DNA of 64,000 bases from Patescibacteria group bacterium. Its GTDB lineage: Bacteria > Patescibacteriota > JACPGU01. The notes beneath the pieces are model-generated. The model saw nothing but the letters and a program-made list of their open reading frames with translations. It was not told the origin of the DNA and searched no databases. Location of the stretch: positions 9,328 to 73,327 of the forward strand of contig JAKLDG010000001.1 in NCBI GenBank assembly GCA_022703645.1, in the 5' to 3' direction. Numbering within the stretch: position 1 is the first letter of the stretch; each line of letters opens with the position of its first letter. Shown in pieces: positions 1 through 8,752 of this stretch. Both the position numbers and the translations under genes were made by a program.

Positions 1-95
1 AACCTCCTAATTTCCAATTCTCAATTCTCAATTTCCAATAAATGTTACAATTTTACAATTTCCAATTTTGGTTCATTGATTCATTGAGAATTTAT
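1..95. repeat. Partial or rearranged copy of intergenic palindromic repeat family 1 (CAAT/ATTG words). Shares the 20-mer ATTTTACAATTTCCAATTTT with the copy at 4558-4672 and has an internal inverted arm GGTTCATTGATTCATTGAGAATT.
   Basis: Direct reading: identical 20-mer and inverted arm. Lies immediately 3' of hrcA (minus strand). Confidence 0.5.
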
Positions 96-100
96 TAAAT

Positions 101-790
101 TTATTTGATTAGTTTCTTATTTCTAAAGTTTTCTGATGTATATAGTAAATACGGTATGATCTTGCGGTATGGCATTCGGATGGGGCCAATGACACCAAGG
201 ACGCAGAGCTCTTTGCCAAAAGGGAAGTACACGGTAACGCAAGAAAAATCTTGAGCAAATTTATAAACGTTTTCTTTTCCTATATAGACTTTCACGGGCG
301 AACCTTCATCAAACTCGAGTAGTTGAACGAAATCAGGAAGGTTATCAATCACCTTAGCAAATCGCACAACCTTGTCTTTTTCATCAAATTCTTTTTGTTT
401 CAAAGTCTCAGACAGTCCATAATATCGTATAGATTTTGGCGTAATGTAAAAAGCGGTGTTGCCGCCAGCAATAGAGGATATTACCTTCAGAACCTTATCC
501 ATCCCCTTTTTCTCGGCAAATCTTTTAATATCATCCTTATTCACCTTCGTAAAATCAATTTTTAAAGAATCGACGTATTTCCGTAAACCTTTTTCAGTTG
601 GAACTCTGCCAGCAGAGGTATGTGGCTGCATGATCAATCCTTCCTTTTCCAATCTCACCATTTCAGATCGGATAGTTGCAGAAGAGAAACCAAAAAATCC
701 GGACAAACCTTTCGAACCGACAGGTTCGCCGGTAGTGATGTATTCCTCAATGATAGAGGTTAGGATGTTATGTTTGCGATTAAATTGCAT
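101..790 (-). CDS. hrcA: Heat-inducible transcription repressor HrcA
   Basis: 229 aa. N-terminal winged-helix region with the PVGS motif (ITTGEPVGSKGLS) typical of HrcA. A CIRCE operator lies upstream. Confidence 0.85.
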   Translation of the reverse strand: MQFNRKHNILTSIIEEYITTGEPVGSKGLSGFFGFSSATIRSEMVRLEKEGLIMQPHTSAGRVPTEKGLRKYVDSLKIDFTKVNKDDIKRFAEKKGMDKVLKVISSIAGGNTAFYITPKSIRYYGLSETLKQKEFDEKDKVVRFAKVIDNLPDFVQLLEFDEGSPVKVYIGKENVYKFAQDFSCVTVYFPFGKELCVLGVIGPIRMPYRKIIPYLLYTSENFRNKKLIK

Positions 791-924
791 AGAAATTAAG
801 AAATTATAATTGTGTTTTAAGTTTCTACTAATTTCTCCTAATTTCGCGTCAGCTAATTTCTTTGGTTTCTTTGTCGATTAGAAATTACAGGAGGAAATCG
901 GATATTGTTCAGTCCGTTGTAACA

Positions 925-951
925 TTAGCACTCTATGCCGTCGAGTGCTAA
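925..951. promoter_or_regulatory. CIRCE operator (TTAGCACTC-N9-GAGTGCTAA), the HrcA binding site
   Basis: Perfect consensus inverted repeat TTAGCACTCtatgccgtcGAGTGCTAA, about 135 bp upstream of the hrcA start on the minus strand. Confidence 0.9.
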
Positions 952-1210
952 CATCTATTTTACTCGTTTTTTAAAATCCGTCAATACATTTTTTCAATAA
1001 ACAACAAAATGGCTTAATATACCAAATAATAATATTGACAAAGTGTAATAAATGGGGTAGTACAAAATAATACCACTTATGTGGAGTTTGCCCGCTTCTT
1101 CCTAGAGAATTTCTTTTGATTCGTTGAGTAAAAAAAGTCCTCATCTTTTGCATTTTCAAGACTTATAAATTTATCCTAATACTTTGATGGCATTGTGGTA
1201 ATATACTTTT

Positions 1211-2743
1211 ATGAATTATTTTTCTCGCTCAAAAATATTTTTAGGGATAATGATAGGTTTGTGTTTTGGAGTGTTCGTTAGCCCTTATGTTTTCCCGATA
1301 ATTAATAAATTGCCGTTCATTATTACATTGCTAAATTATTACATTGTTATTTTCACTCTATTTATTTTCCGAAAGAAAAAGTTGGTTCTTTGCTTTATTG
1401 CCTTCCTAATTTCTTGCTTAATTGGCCTCTGGCGCTATCAGGCTTACTTGCCAAAAATAAATGAAAGCCACATTGCATATTATAATGACAATAAACAGGA
1501 ATACATGATTTCAGGTTTAGTTGGCACGGAACCAGTGGAGAAAGACAGCTCGCTATCGCTTCAAATATCCAATATTCAATTCCCAATATCCAATAATCAA
1601 TTAGGAGGCAAGATTCTTTTAACAGTCCCAAAGTACTATGCGGTTGCGTACGGAGATCAGGTTCAATTCAATGCGAAATTAGCTTTGCCAAGTGTGTATG
1701 ATACTTTCGACTATAAAGGTTATCTTGCGCGGTATGGAGTTCATTCTATTGCAAAAAATGTGGATGAATTTCAAATAATCGCGAATTACATAAATTCGAA
1801 CGAATTATCGCTAATGGAGAGGGGTACATTTTTTGTTGTTGCGAATCTTATTAAAATCAAAAACTATTTCTGTTCTACTATAAATAAAACTCTTCCCGAA
1901 CCGCATGCAGCCTTAATGCTCGGTATTTTACTTGGCGCAAAAACTTCGCTTCCTGAATGGCTGCTAAAAATATTTCAAATTATTGGTATTACGCATATCA
2001 TCGCAATCTCCGGATATAATATTACGATTTTAGCAAAAGTTGCAGATAAAACCCTTGGGAAAATTGGGCGAAGGTATATTTTTTGGGGTGTTGTCGCGAT
2101 GATCCTTTCATTTGTTGTCATGACTGGAGCATCGGCTTCTGTAGTGCGAGCTGGAGTTATGGGGGCTTTACTGGTTTACGCGGGATTTATTGGACGCAAA
2201 AGTAATATTACAAATGCTCTGGTGTTTGCCGGGACAATTATGATATTGCTAAATCCTTTAATCCTTAAAAACGATATCGGATTTCAGCTTTCCTTTCTTG
2301 CGACACTTGGGCTGGTTTATATTTCCCCAATCTTTGAAAAATGGCTTATCAAAATTCCAGAATTTTTCCGCGTTTTGTTGTCCGCAACTCTATCCGCTCA
2401 AGTATTAACATTACCGATTCTGATATCCTCATTTGGTTTAGTTTCTTTGATTTCACCGGTTTCCAATACTATCATTCTCCCTTTTATTCCCGTATCGATG
2501 TTTCTCGGTTTTGCATCCGGTTTAGCAGGTATGATCTGGCTGCCATTAGGTAAATTGATCGGATTTTTCAGTTATATTATTTTGGAAACTATTATAAAAT
2601 TATCACAGTTGCTTGCTTCGATTCCGTATGCATCGGTTACTTTAAAAATTAATAACTGGTGGGTGTTGGCAGTATATTATTTGGTAATTAGTGTGTTGGT
2701 TTTGGTTTGGCATAAACGAAATAAAATAAAAAAAGAAATATAA
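1211..2743 (+). CDS. ComEC/Rec2 family competence protein, membrane core part (DUF4131 plus competence domain), lacking the MBL domain
   Basis: 510 aa polytopic membrane protein. ComEC-like motifs LLGILLGAKTSLPEWL and GITHIIAISGYNITIL. The MBL domain is absent from this ORF. Confidence 0.75.
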   Translation: MNYFSRSKIFLGIMIGLCFGVFVSPYVFPIINKLPFIITLLNYYIVIFTLFIFRKKKLVLCFIAFLISCLIGLWRYQAYLPKINESHIAYYNDNKQEYMISGLVGTEPVEKDSSLSLQISNIQFPISNNQLGGKILLTVPKYYAVAYGDQVQFNAKLALPSVYDTFDYKGYLARYGVHSIAKNVDEFQIIANYINSNELSLMERGTFFVVANLIKIKNYFCSTINKTLPEPHAALMLGILLGAKTSLPEWLLKIFQIIGITHIIAISGYNITILAKVADKTLGKIGRRYIFWGVVAMILSFVVMTGASASVVRAGVMGALLVYAGFIGRKSNITNALVFAGTIMILLNPLILKNDIGFQLSFLATLGLVYISPIFEKWLIKIPEFFRVLLSATLSAQVLTLPILISSFGLVSLISPVSNTIILPFIPVSMFLGFASGLAGMIWLPLGKLIGFFSYIILETIIKLSQLLASIPYASVTLKINNWWVLAVYYLVISVLVLVWHKRNKIKKEI

Positions 2744-2801
2744 AAAGTCAAAGAATTTAGGTGCAATATTATTATTAAAAAATTTATGATAAAATATTCT
2801 T

Positions 2802-3647
2802 ATGGAAAATATCTTAATCTCAAATCCTGAGAAATTGCAGGAAAAAATTGAAAAATTTAGAGCTGGTAGAGCAGAGGCTATTCATGTAGTTTCTGATTTT
2901 GATAAGACTGTTACCCGCGCTTTTCATGGAAACGAAAAATTTCCCTCTGTGATATCACTGTTGCGTGATGGAAATCACTTAACTCCTGACTACGCAGAAA
3001 GGGCTCATGAGCTATATAATAAATATCACCCCTACGAAATAGACCTTAGTCTTCCATTTGAAAAAAGGAAGTCGATAATGGATGCTTGGTGGAACGAGCA
3101 TTTCGCTTTACTTATAGAATGTGGTTTGGAGAAAAAAGACCTTGAAGATATCGTAGGTAGCGGTAGGATAAGTTTCCGTGATTGTGCAAAAGAGTTTTTT
3201 AATATATTAAACAAAAATGGTATTCCGCTGGTTTTTATATCTTCCAATGTGGTTGGAAATACCATTCTTATGATTCTTGAAAAAGAGGGTATGATGAATG
3301 AAAATATCCATATCATTACAAATATATTTGAGTTTGATGAGAGTGGGAGAGCTACAAAAGTATTAGAACCGAAAATTCATGTTTTAAATAAGAGTGAAAT
3401 TGCAGTTAAAGACCATCCTATATTCGAGAAAATTATGAACCGTAAGAATGTGATTTTACTTGGCGATGGCATAGATGATAACGGTATGATTGAAGGATTT
3501 CAGTTTGATGAGGTAATCCGCATAGGTTTTCTCAATGAAAAGGTTGAGGAAAACAAAAATTCATACCTGAAAAATTTTGATGTTGTGATTACGAATGATG
3601 GAGATATGGGGTATATAAATGAATTAATGAAAAAAATTTTAGAATAG
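2802..3647 (+). CDS. HAD-superfamily hydrolase, pyrimidine 5'-nucleotidase (UMPH-1)-like
   Basis: 281 aa. HAD motif I DFDKTVT near the N-terminus and C-terminal LLGDGIDD (motif IV). No signal peptide. Sits between the two ComEC halves. Confidence 0.5.
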   Translation: MENILISNPEKLQEKIEKFRAGRAEAIHVVSDFDKTVTRAFHGNEKFPSVISLLRDGNHLTPDYAERAHELYNKYHPYEIDLSLPFEKRKSIMDAWWNEHFALLIECGLEKKDLEDIVGSGRISFRDCAKEFFNILNKNGIPLVFISSNVVGNTILMILEKEGMMNENIHIITNIFEFDESGRATKVLEPKIHVLNKSEIAVKDHPIFEKIMNRKNVILLGDGIDDNGMIEGFQFDEVIRIGFLNEKVEENKNSYLKNFDVVITNDGDMGYINELMKKILE

Positions 3648-3648
3648 T

Positions 3649-4557
3649 ATGAATAGAAAATCAAAACTATTTTTATCTTTCTTAGTGTCAGTTATCGTGC
3701 TGACTTTTTTTCTTTATACTCAATTTACCAAGGCCGGATATTTTACACCAAAGATTGATTTACCCAACGGGCTCAATTCCCCTATCGCTTTTAGTATTTA
3801 TTATCTGGATGTTGGTCAAGGTGACTCTATCCTAATCAGAACGGCTGACGGTCATGATATGCTGATTGACGGTGGTCCAGATGGTTCAGTACTGGAAAGG
3901 TTGGGGGAGGTCCTACCGATTTGGGATCGCGATTTAGACTGGGTAGTTCTCACCCACCCGCATGAAGACCATATTGTAGGGCTGGATGAGATATTGAAAC
4001 GCTATAATGTCAAGCAAATCTTGGAGCCGGACCTGAAAAATGTTCCGGATAACGAAAGGTATTTCAATTCTCTCGGACAAGAAAAAGCTATTCCGGAAGA
4101 AAAAGCGATTAAAGGAGAGCGGATTGTTCTCAATAACGATGTCGTGTTTAGTGTGATTTACCCTTCCAATTTTCAAATGGAAGAAGAAAACCTCAATGAC
4201 GATTCGATTATCATGCAATTAGAGTATAAAGGTAAAAAGTTTCTTTTTACTGGTGATGCTACGGCTGAGGTTGAAGTAAAAATTCTTGATCAAAATATAG
4301 ATAGTGATTTCTTAAAAATCGGTCATCACGGTTCGCGTTATTCTTCGTCTCAAAAATTTCTTGAGGCTGTTACTCCTTCAGTTTCAATTATTTCTGTTGG
4401 AGTCGGCAACTCATTCGGCCACCCAACACAGGATACTCTTGACCGCCTTAGCGCGGTTGGAAGCAGGGTATTGCGAACCGACAGGAATGGAACTATTGAA
4501 GTTGATGTGGGGGAAAATGGAGACTGGCAGATAGAATGCAGCAAAGGATGTAATTAA
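3649..4557 (+). CDS. ComEC C-terminal-type metallo-beta-lactamase domain protein (membrane-anchored MBL nuclease/hydrolase)
   Basis: 302 aa. N-terminal TM helix, then YLDVGQGDSILI, HPHEDHIVGL and GHHGS MBL motifs, as in the ComEC MBL domain. Confidence 0.75.
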   Translation: MNRKSKLFLSFLVSVIVLTFFLYTQFTKAGYFTPKIDLPNGLNSPIAFSIYYLDVGQGDSILIRTADGHDMLIDGGPDGSVLERLGEVLPIWDRDLDWVVLTHPHEDHIVGLDEILKRYNVKQILEPDLKNVPDNERYFNSLGQEKAIPEEKAIKGERIVLNNDVVFSVIYPSNFQMEEENLNDDSIIMQLEYKGKKFLFTGDATAEVEVKILDQNIDSDFLKIGHHGSRYSSSQKFLEAVTPSVSIISVGVGNSFGHPTQDTLDRLSAVGSRVLRTDRNGTIEVDVGENGDWQIECSKGCN

Positions 4558-4672
4558 TTTCCAATTTTACAATTTCCAATTTTCAATCAATTCTCAATGA
4601 TTCAATTTTAAAATAAATAAATCGCGAAGCGATACTTACAATGAAAATTGAAAATTGAAAATTTATCAATCT
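4558..4672. repeat. Intergenic palindromic repeat family 1, full copy. CAAT-word left arm, GCGAAGC mini-hairpin core and ATTG-word right arm.
   Basis: About 115 bp imperfect hairpin. Highly similar to 18985-19100; both share the core (T)CGCGAAGCGATAC. Confidence 0.7.
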
Positions 4673-4719
4673 TGAGGTATAATGACATTAATTAAGATTA
4701 AATATTTCGGAGGTTTCTA

Positions 4720-5466
4720 ATGTCTGGTCACTCTAAATGGCACAATATACAGGCTCGTAAAGGCAAGCAAGACGCAAAAAGAGCGGGAGCTTTTACGAAG
4801 CTCGCTCGAGGAATCACTACTGCGGCTCGCGAGGGCGGCGGTGATCCAGCTATGAATTTCAAGCTCCGAATTGCAGTAGATAAAGCAAAAGCGGTCTCAA
4901 TGCCAAAAGAAGGTATCGAAAGAGCTATTGCAAAAGGCACTGGAGCGGGAGGTGGAGCTGCAATGTCGGCAGTTTCCTATGAAGCAAAAGGTCCGGGCAA
5001 TATTGATATTATTGTTGATACTTTAACTGATAATAAAAACAGAACCGCATCAGAAATAAAACACATTTTTACAAAAAACGGCGGTATTGTCGGCGCTCCG
5101 GGATCTGTTAGCTGGAACTTCGTTCAGCGCGGATATATTGTTATAAATCCAAATAACAAAGCTCAAATATCAAATCAAATCCAAAATTCAAATGATCAGG
5201 AAATCCTTGAGATAATGGATATAGATGGTGTTGAAGATGTTGAGGAGAATGAAGGTGAAATAAATATATATACCGCTCCCAAAGAATTGGCGCAGGTTGT
5301 GAAAGGGTTAGAAGGAAAAGGTTTTAAAATAGAAAAAGCGGAATTGATAATGGATCCGAAAAATACAGTAAAGCTGGACGAAGAAAAATCCGCATCAGCT
5401 ATGAAGCTTCTGGAATTGCTCGATGATTATGATGATACGGAAAATGTTTGGACGAATCTGGAATAG
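4720..5466 (+). CDS. yebC: YebC/PmpR family DNA-binding transcriptional regulator
   Basis: 248 aa. N-terminus MSGHSKWHNIQARKGKQDAKRAGAFTKLAR is diagnostic for the YebC family. RBS GGAGG. Upstream of ruvC, as commonly found. Confidence 0.9.
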   Translation: MSGHSKWHNIQARKGKQDAKRAGAFTKLARGITTAAREGGGDPAMNFKLRIAVDKAKAVSMPKEGIERAIAKGTGAGGGAAMSAVSYEAKGPGNIDIIVDTLTDNKNRTASEIKHIFTKNGGIVGAPGSVSWNFVQRGYIVINPNNKAQISNQIQNSNDQEILEIMDIDGVEDVEENEGEINIYTAPKELAQVVKGLEGKGFKIEKAELIMDPKNTVKLDEEKSASAMKLLELLDDYDDTENVWTNLE

Positions 5467-5500
5467 TTTAGAAGTTATAAAGTAGAAAGTTGTAAGGTAT
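5466..5500. repeat. Short intergenic repeat family 4 (AGTTATAAAGTAGAAAGTTRTAARG words), directly after the yebC stop
   Basis: TTAGAAGTTATAAAGTAGAAAGTTGTAAGG. Homologous to 23822-23866. Confidence 0.5.
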
Positions 5501-5541
5501 TTAAATTTTGTTTAAATAAAAAAACGAAAGAGGTGACGGTA

Positions 5542-6030
5542 ATGGACAAGGAAAAGAAGCCTTCGCACGTTAACAATTATCTCGAAATAATAAGGGCATT
5601 CATGGAAGGGATAGTGAATGCGAGACGTGAATATGAGAAAAATGAGGAGTTGTTGGCATATTCACAAAAAAAAGAAGGAGAGGCAAGGGATCATTATCCT
5701 TGGGGTGTCTATTTTATAAATGATGTTTTAGGTAAAAAAATTTACTACACAGCCATGTTATATAATTATCGGACTCTTCTTTCAGAAGTATGTAACAAAA
5801 TAGAGTTCTCTCATTTTAGCGATGGTGAGTTATTGGAATTCATGGGGATGGGTGAACAGTGGATGGGTGGAATACGCTCAGAAATCCGTCACTATAATGT
5901 AAATGCTCCAGAATTTGTACAGTCGCTCGAATCGCTCGAGTGGTGTTGTATGGAAGAAATAAAAAGACGGAATCTTGGAGAAGATGATATCCAATCCTAT
6001 TGGAGAAAAAATTTCGGTTGGGATAAATAA
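5542..6030 (+). CDS. Hypothetical protein
   Basis: ORF with RBS GAGGTGA 5 nt upstream of the ATG at 5542 (the ORF track used an upstream GTG). No recognisable motifs. Confidence 0.4.
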   Translation: MDKEKKPSHVNNYLEIIRAFMEGIVNARREYEKNEELLAYSQKKEGEARDHYPWGVYFINDVLGKKIYYTAMLYNYRTLLSEVCNKIEFSHFSDGELLEFMGMGEQWMGGIRSEIRHYNVNAPEFVQSLESLEWCCMEEIKRRNLGEDDIQSYWRKNFGWDK

Positions 6031-6102
6031 ATCTATGTAATCAAATATGAATCTCAAACGCACCTGCTTTTAGCGGGTGTGTTTTTGTGTTAAGATAAGA
6101 TT

Positions 6103-6600
6103 ATGAAGATATTAGGTATTGATCCCGGAACCGCAACTACTGGCTGGGGAGTTATAAAATTTGAAAGCGGAAAGTTTAAAGTCGAAGGATGTGGATGTAT
6201 ATTTACTCCTGCTAAACAAAATCAGGCTATACGATTAGCCCATATCTATAGTGAGTTGGTGAAAATTATAAAAAAAGAAAAACCGGACGTGGTAGCGATT
6301 GAGAAATTATTTTTCATAAACAATATTAAAACTGCGATGACGGTGGGTGAAGCCAGAGGAGTGTGTTTGCTTGTTGCAGAGCAGTCCAGAGTTAAAATAT
6401 TTGAATATACTCCCCTCCAAGTAAAACAATCACTCACAGGATACGGTAAAGCTGAAAAAAGCCAGATTCAGATGATGGTGAAGATGATATTAAAATTAAA
6501 AGAAATACCAAAACCAGATGATATGGCAGATGCGCTGGCGATAGCAATAACACACGCGCATTGTTGTGGCGCGAGCGGATTCAAAGAAAAAAAATATTAG
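6103..6600 (+). CDS. ruvC: Crossover junction endodeoxyribonuclease RuvC
   Basis: 165 aa. N-terminus MKILGIDPGTATTGWGVI (RNase H-like fold, catalytic Asp), typical of RuvC. Confidence 0.85.
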   Translation: MKILGIDPGTATTGWGVIKFESGKFKVEGCGCIFTPAKQNQAIRLAHIYSELVKIIKKEKPDVVAIEKLFFINNIKTAMTVGEARGVCLLVAEQSRVKIFEYTPLQVKQSLTGYGKAEKSQIQMMVKMILKLKEIPKPDDMADALAIAITHAHCCGASGFKEKKY

Positions 6601-6603
6601 ATA

Positions 6604-8238
6604 TTATTTCAGCCTGCGCAGCAGCGAACTTCCCTTTCTTTCAGGGTACATTTCTATTCCCGGTATAGGAAGATTATATAGGTCCAATATTGTTGGCATA
6701 ACATCAGCGAGGAGTCCCGAAGGCATTTTTGCCATTTCTTCTATTGAAACCAAAGATGGTTTCTCTCTTTTTAATTGTGGAGAAATAAGTAAGAATGGCG
6801 CAGGATATGGGTTATGCTCAGTATCAGGTTCCCCGGTGATCTCATTAATCAATAGTTCTGAATTTCCATGATCAGAAACTATCATCATAAAACCATTCTG
6901 TTTTGAGATTTCTTCATAGATTCTTCCGAGTTGCGAGTCTACAGCTTCAACAGCTTTTATAGAGGCTTCAAGATTTCCGGTATGCGCCACCATATCAGTA
7001 TTGGCAAAATTAATTGCATAAAAATCAAAATTTTTCTTTTGTAGATTTTCGATTAATGTATCAGCGATCTCAATGCAGGACATTTCCGGTTTTAGGTCAT
7101 AGGTCTTAACTTTTGGCGAAGGAATTATGATATGCTTTTCACCAGGGAAAGCTTGCTCGTGGCCACCATTAAGAAAGTAGGTAATATGCGCCTCCTTTTC
7201 TTTTTCAGTCAGGTGCAGCTGTGTTAATCCATTTTTTGAAAGAACTTCGGCCAAAGTATTATCAAGTCTTGGTTCTTGGAAAGCAACCGCGATACTTTTA
7301 TTTTCTGTGCTTGTTTCATATTCGGTAAGAGAAGTGATCTGGATATTTTGTAGTTTTTTCCTTGGGAAATTTACAAAGTCTTCATTTGTAAAACATTCCA
7401 ATATTTCTTTCATTCTATCCGGTCGAAAATTGAAAAATATTATAGCATCACCATCTGCAATCGGTCCGATAGCTTTTCCTTCTGAATCGGCAATTACTGC
7501 TGGTTCAATAAATTCATCAGTGGTATCTTTCGCATAACATTCGTCTATGTATTTTTTTATTTCACCTTCTTTTATTTTGTTCTCGGTATTACCGATAAAA
7601 GCGTTATAATTTTTCTCAATTCTATCCCAGTTTCCCCCTCTGTCCATTCCAAAATATCTTCCTCCCAATGAAGCAAACTTTCCGTTGAGTCCCGAATTCA
7701 TTATCGTCTTTTGCGTAAAATCAATATACTTCCATGCCGATCTTGGTGGAACATCGCGGCCATCAGTAAAAGCATGTATGAAGATCGGATTTTTTACAGC
7801 ATGGTTTATAAGAAAGCGGAAAATTCCAAAAAGATGATCCGTATGAGAATGGCCTCCCGCATCGGAAAGAAGTCCGATAATGTGTATTTTGGAATTATTC
7901 ACTTGAGCGTGATTGATAGACTGCATGAAAGCTTCATTATCAAAAAAAGTTCCTAATTCCAGGGCCTGCTTTATAGCATACATACTTTGTAGTGATATTC
8001 TTCCTGAACCAATACTTTTATGCCCAACCTCGCTATTTCCAACTATACCGCGTGGCAATCCTACCGCCAATTCAGAATGGGCGACAGTTGTTTTTGGGAA
8101 ATATCGCATAAAAAAATCAAGATTTGGTTTTACGGCTTGCGCAATAGCATTGCCTTCAGTTTTCCAATAAATACCAAAACCATCAAGGATAATTAAAGCC
8201 AATGGATATTTTACTTTTTGCATATTTTTATCATACAC
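6604..8238 (-). CDS. gpmI: 2,3-bisphosphoglycerate-independent phosphoglycerate mutase
   Basis: 544 aa. LALIILDGFGI N-terminus and metalloenzyme (alkaline-phosphatase-like) core motifs of iPGM. Confidence 0.9.
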   Translation of the reverse strand: MYDKNMQKVKYPLALIILDGFGIYWKTEGNAIAQAVKPNLDFFMRYFPKTTVAHSELAVGLPRGIVGNSEVGHKSIGSGRISLQSMYAIKQALELGTFFDNEAFMQSINHAQVNNSKIHIIGLLSDAGGHSHTDHLFGIFRFLINHAVKNPIFIHAFTDGRDVPPRSAWKYIDFTQKTIMNSGLNGKFASLGGRYFGMDRGGNWDRIEKNYNAFIGNTENKIKEGEIKKYIDECYAKDTTDEFIEPAVIADSEGKAIGPIADGDAIIFFNFRPDRMKEILECFTNEDFVNFPRKKLQNIQITSLTEYETSTENKSIAVAFQEPRLDNTLAEVLSKNGLTQLHLTEKEKEAHITYFLNGGHEQAFPGEKHIIIPSPKVKTYDLKPEMSCIEIADTLIENLQKKNFDFYAINFANTDMVAHTGNLEASIKAVEAVDSQLGRIYEEISKQNGFMMIVSDHGNSELLINEITGEPDTEHNPYPAPFLLISPQLKREKPSLVSIEEMAKMPSGLLADVMPTILDLYNLPIPGIEMYPERKGSSLLRRLK

Positions 8239-8278
8239 GAAAATTCATTTTTTGGTAGATGGAAAGTTTAGTATTTTA

Positions 8279-8314
8279 GAAAAATAAATGCGGCGGACGT
8301 TTCACGTCCGCCGC
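8279..8314 (-). terminator. Rho-independent terminator (GCGGCGGACGT-loop-ACGTCCGCCGC followed by a T-run on the minus strand)
   Basis: Perfect 11-bp stem directly downstream of the small minus-strand ORF at 8348-8563. Confidence 0.6.
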
Positions 8315-8347
8315 TTGTTGGTTTTAATATTGGCAATTGAGTTACCG

Positions 8348-8563
8348 TTACATTCGCATGTCGAGGATGTTTCCGGGTCCATCAATGCTTTTGCTGGCAA
8401 TTGCAACTTGAGAAACTTCTCTCGTATTACCTGGTATAGACGCAGGATTCGTAGCAATTTTTGCCACATCTGCAGCGTTATTTGTCGGATCGGATGCTCT
8501 GTTGGCAGCAGCGACTTGAGCTCCGCCCGTTCCTATTTCTAGGCTTACTGCGGATACTTCCAT
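8348..8563 (-). CDS. Small Ala-rich hypothetical protein (71 aa); could alternatively be a non-coding RNA locus
   Basis: Good SD (GAGGTGA, about 7 nt spacing) and a strong terminator. Locally elevated GC in a divergent intergenic region. No family recognised. Confidence 0.35.
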   Translation of the reverse strand: MEVSAVSLEIGTGGAQVAAANRASDPTNNAADVAKIATNPASIPGNTREVSQVAIASKSIDGPGNILDMRM

Positions 8564-8752
8564 ATCTTCACCTCGATTAAAATGGATTTTGTTTGAAACA
8601 AGATCTTAATGAACTTTTTGTCTATAAAATACCTCCTTGTATTGTGGTATAATTTATTATATCAATCTAATATTTTTTGTCAAATTTTGGCTGAAATAAG
8701 AGGGAAAATAATAAATATAGAATATTGAATATTCTTTTGATATATTTGAGAA

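Noticed and set aside
971-1159. 62-aa ORF in the hrcA / comEC divergent intergenic region
   Set aside because: Lies in the promoter/CIRCE-containing control region. AT-rich low-complexity translation, no RBS.
8288-8542. 84-aa plus-strand ORF overlapping the small minus-strand ORF
   Set aside because: Arg/Cys/Ser-rich implausible translation, no RBS, and it would run through the terminator hairpin. The minus-strand frame has an SD and a terminator.
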